Source: Candidatus Latescibacterota bacterium (GTDB lineage: Bacteria > Latescibacterota > UBA2968). Taken from it: a stretch of DNA of 64,000 bases. This document shows, one piece after another, positions 62,723-64,000 of this stretch. Each line of letters opens with the position of its first letter. Positions within the stretch are counted from its first letter, which is position 1. A model generated the notes under the pieces. The model had not been told where the DNA came from. It saw only the letters and a program-made list of their open reading frames with translations, and made no database searches. A program made the translations under genes and the position numbers. Location: the NCBI GenBank assembly GCA_965207885.1, contig OZ242311.1, forward strand, positions 5,024,001-5,088,000, read 5' to 3'.

Positions 62723-64000
62723 ATGCCAACTTCACAAACATCATCCCCACATCTGGGCGGCTTGCAACCCCGTGGCACGCGCCGTCTCATCTACGTCAGC
62801 GACCCTTCAAACACCACCAGCCACCTCAGCGTCCCGGCGGCCAAACCCGAAGAACTGCGTCAGATCGTTCGCAATTACGCCTCCGCGGGCAGTATCGACA
62901 CCCTCGTACAGGAAATCTTCGCCGAAGCAATGACCATGTTCTGGCGAACCGACAAATGCCCTTACGACATCCGGCACCAGCACCAGCGCCTGATACCCAT
63001 AATGGACAGCGGAATCATGCCCGTCGAAGTCTATATCGACGAATGCCATAAGCAGGGCATGGAGTTTATCGCTGGTTTTCGAATGAACGACCGCCACGGC
63101 CACCACACGGAATTCTTCAAAAAACTCTGCGACGAAAAACCCGAATGGGTACTCAGAGAATACAAACCCTCCACCAGACGCGCATCGCCCGAAAGCCGCA
63201 AATACGGGTGCTCCTTAAACTACGCCATACCAGAAGTGCGCGCCTATCTACTCGCCATCATGGAAGAAGTCGCCAACCGCTTCGACATCGACGGCATGGA
63301 ATTTAACTTCACCCGCCTTGCAGAATGTTTTCCCCGAGCCGAACTATCACACAGTCACAGCACCATGAACGGCTTTATTCGACAAGTCCGCAACATGCTG
63401 GACAGTGCCCATTCCCCAACAGGCAGAGACCGAAACCTCATCCTCGGCGTACGCGTACCCCAGCAAATGGCGGGCTGCAAAAACCTGAGCTTGGACGTAC
63501 CCACCTGGATCAAAGAGGGCCTGATCGACTATGTCGCACCCGGAGATTTTGGATTCACTGACTTCAACGAAAAATACGAAGACTTTGTATCAATAGCCCG
63601 GCAGCACAACTGTTATGTCTATCCTCAAGTACAACCCAGACTCAGTATAGATACAGAATTTCTCATGGACATGTCCCAATACCGCGCCGCATTGCAAAAC
63701 TTCTATGCCGCAGGTGCCGATGGCTTTTCGACCCAGAATTACTTCTTTCACTGGGGCCCTCAGTTTGAACCCCCGGGAACTAATGGCGCAAAAAACCCCA
63801 TAATGTATCCAGCAGCGATGAACGACCTCGTAGAATTAAAAGACCCGCAAAACATCGGCCCGGACCGACACTACACATTCCGTTCACTCTGGGCAAATAG
63901 CAAAAGTTTGGGCGAAGTCTATGTAAAAGAAGAACTCGTCCTCTCCCGCCAAAAAACGGGACAACGAGATACCTTCAGATTTCGCCTGTGTGAACATCTC
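62723..64000 (+). CDS. Glycosyl-hydrolase-like family 10 (GHL10/DUF187-type) protein, runs off the window end
   Basis: Manual translation ..ECHKQGMEFIAGFRMNDRH..LNYAIPEVRAY..FDIDGMEFNFTR..LDVPTWIKEGLIDY. Confidence 0.8.
   Translation, partial: MPTSQTSSPHLGGLQPRGTRRLIYVSDPSNTTSHLSVPAAKPEELRQIVRNYASAGSIDTLVQEIFAEAMTMFWRTDKCPYDIRHQHQRLIPIMDSGIMPVEVYIDECHKQGMEFIAGFRMNDRHGHHTEFFKKLCDEKPEWVLREYKPSTRRASPESRKYGCSLNYAIPEVRAYLLAIMEEVANRFDIDGMEFNFTRLAECFPRAELSHSHSTMNGFIRQVRNMLDSAHSPTGRDRNLILGVRVPQQMAGCKNLSLDVPTWIKEGLIDYVAPGDFGFTDFNEKYEDFVSIARQHNCYVYPQVQPRLSIDTEFLMDMSQYRAALQNFYAAGADGFSTQNYFFHWGPQFEPPGTNGAKNPIMYPAAMNDLVELKDPQNIGPDRHYTFRSLWANSKSLGEVYVKEELVLSRQKTGQRDTFRFRLCEHL

Overview
This is a gene-dense bacterial window of moderate GC with no rRNA, tRNA or CRISPR array. 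Secreted WD40/propeller proteins with dockerin/EF-hand-like tags, a sulfatase and a GHL10-like protein suggest an FCB-type lineage such as Latescibacterota or Gemmatimonadota, possibly a sponge symbiont; this is inference only. Housekeeping genes (nth, exbBD-tonB, guaB, hisA, thiL, copA, thiI, ino1) are interspersed with four notable loci. (1) 28.5-36.9 kb: an ECF sigma / membrane anti-sigma operon with two secreted caspase-like (C14) proteases fused to outer-membrane beta-barrels and an S41 protease. The anti-sigma carries the same RLKG motif that follows the catalytic Cys of both caspases, suggesting a caspase-triggered envelope signalling cascade. (2) 45.5-56.6 kb: an expanded phage-shock (PspA) locus with a sigma54 promoter, PspF-type UAS, PspB-like microproteins, a membrane winged-helix protein, ECF sigma, NfeD/flotillin, a TPR histidine kinase, a receiver-domain PspF lacking the PspA-contact Trp, and an IS-split PP2C phosphatase. 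(3) 11.8-21.5 kb: a sigma54 island in which a propeller-Y_Y_Y-AAA+ activator is flanked by duplicated promoter/enhancer modules and precedes hypervariable WD40-repeat genes; it appears to be decaying (frameshift, IS at the predicted start site, collapsed gene). (4) A leader-peptide plus terminator attenuator candidate upstream of guaB. Two IS4-family elements with clear TIRs and 9-bp target duplications are present.
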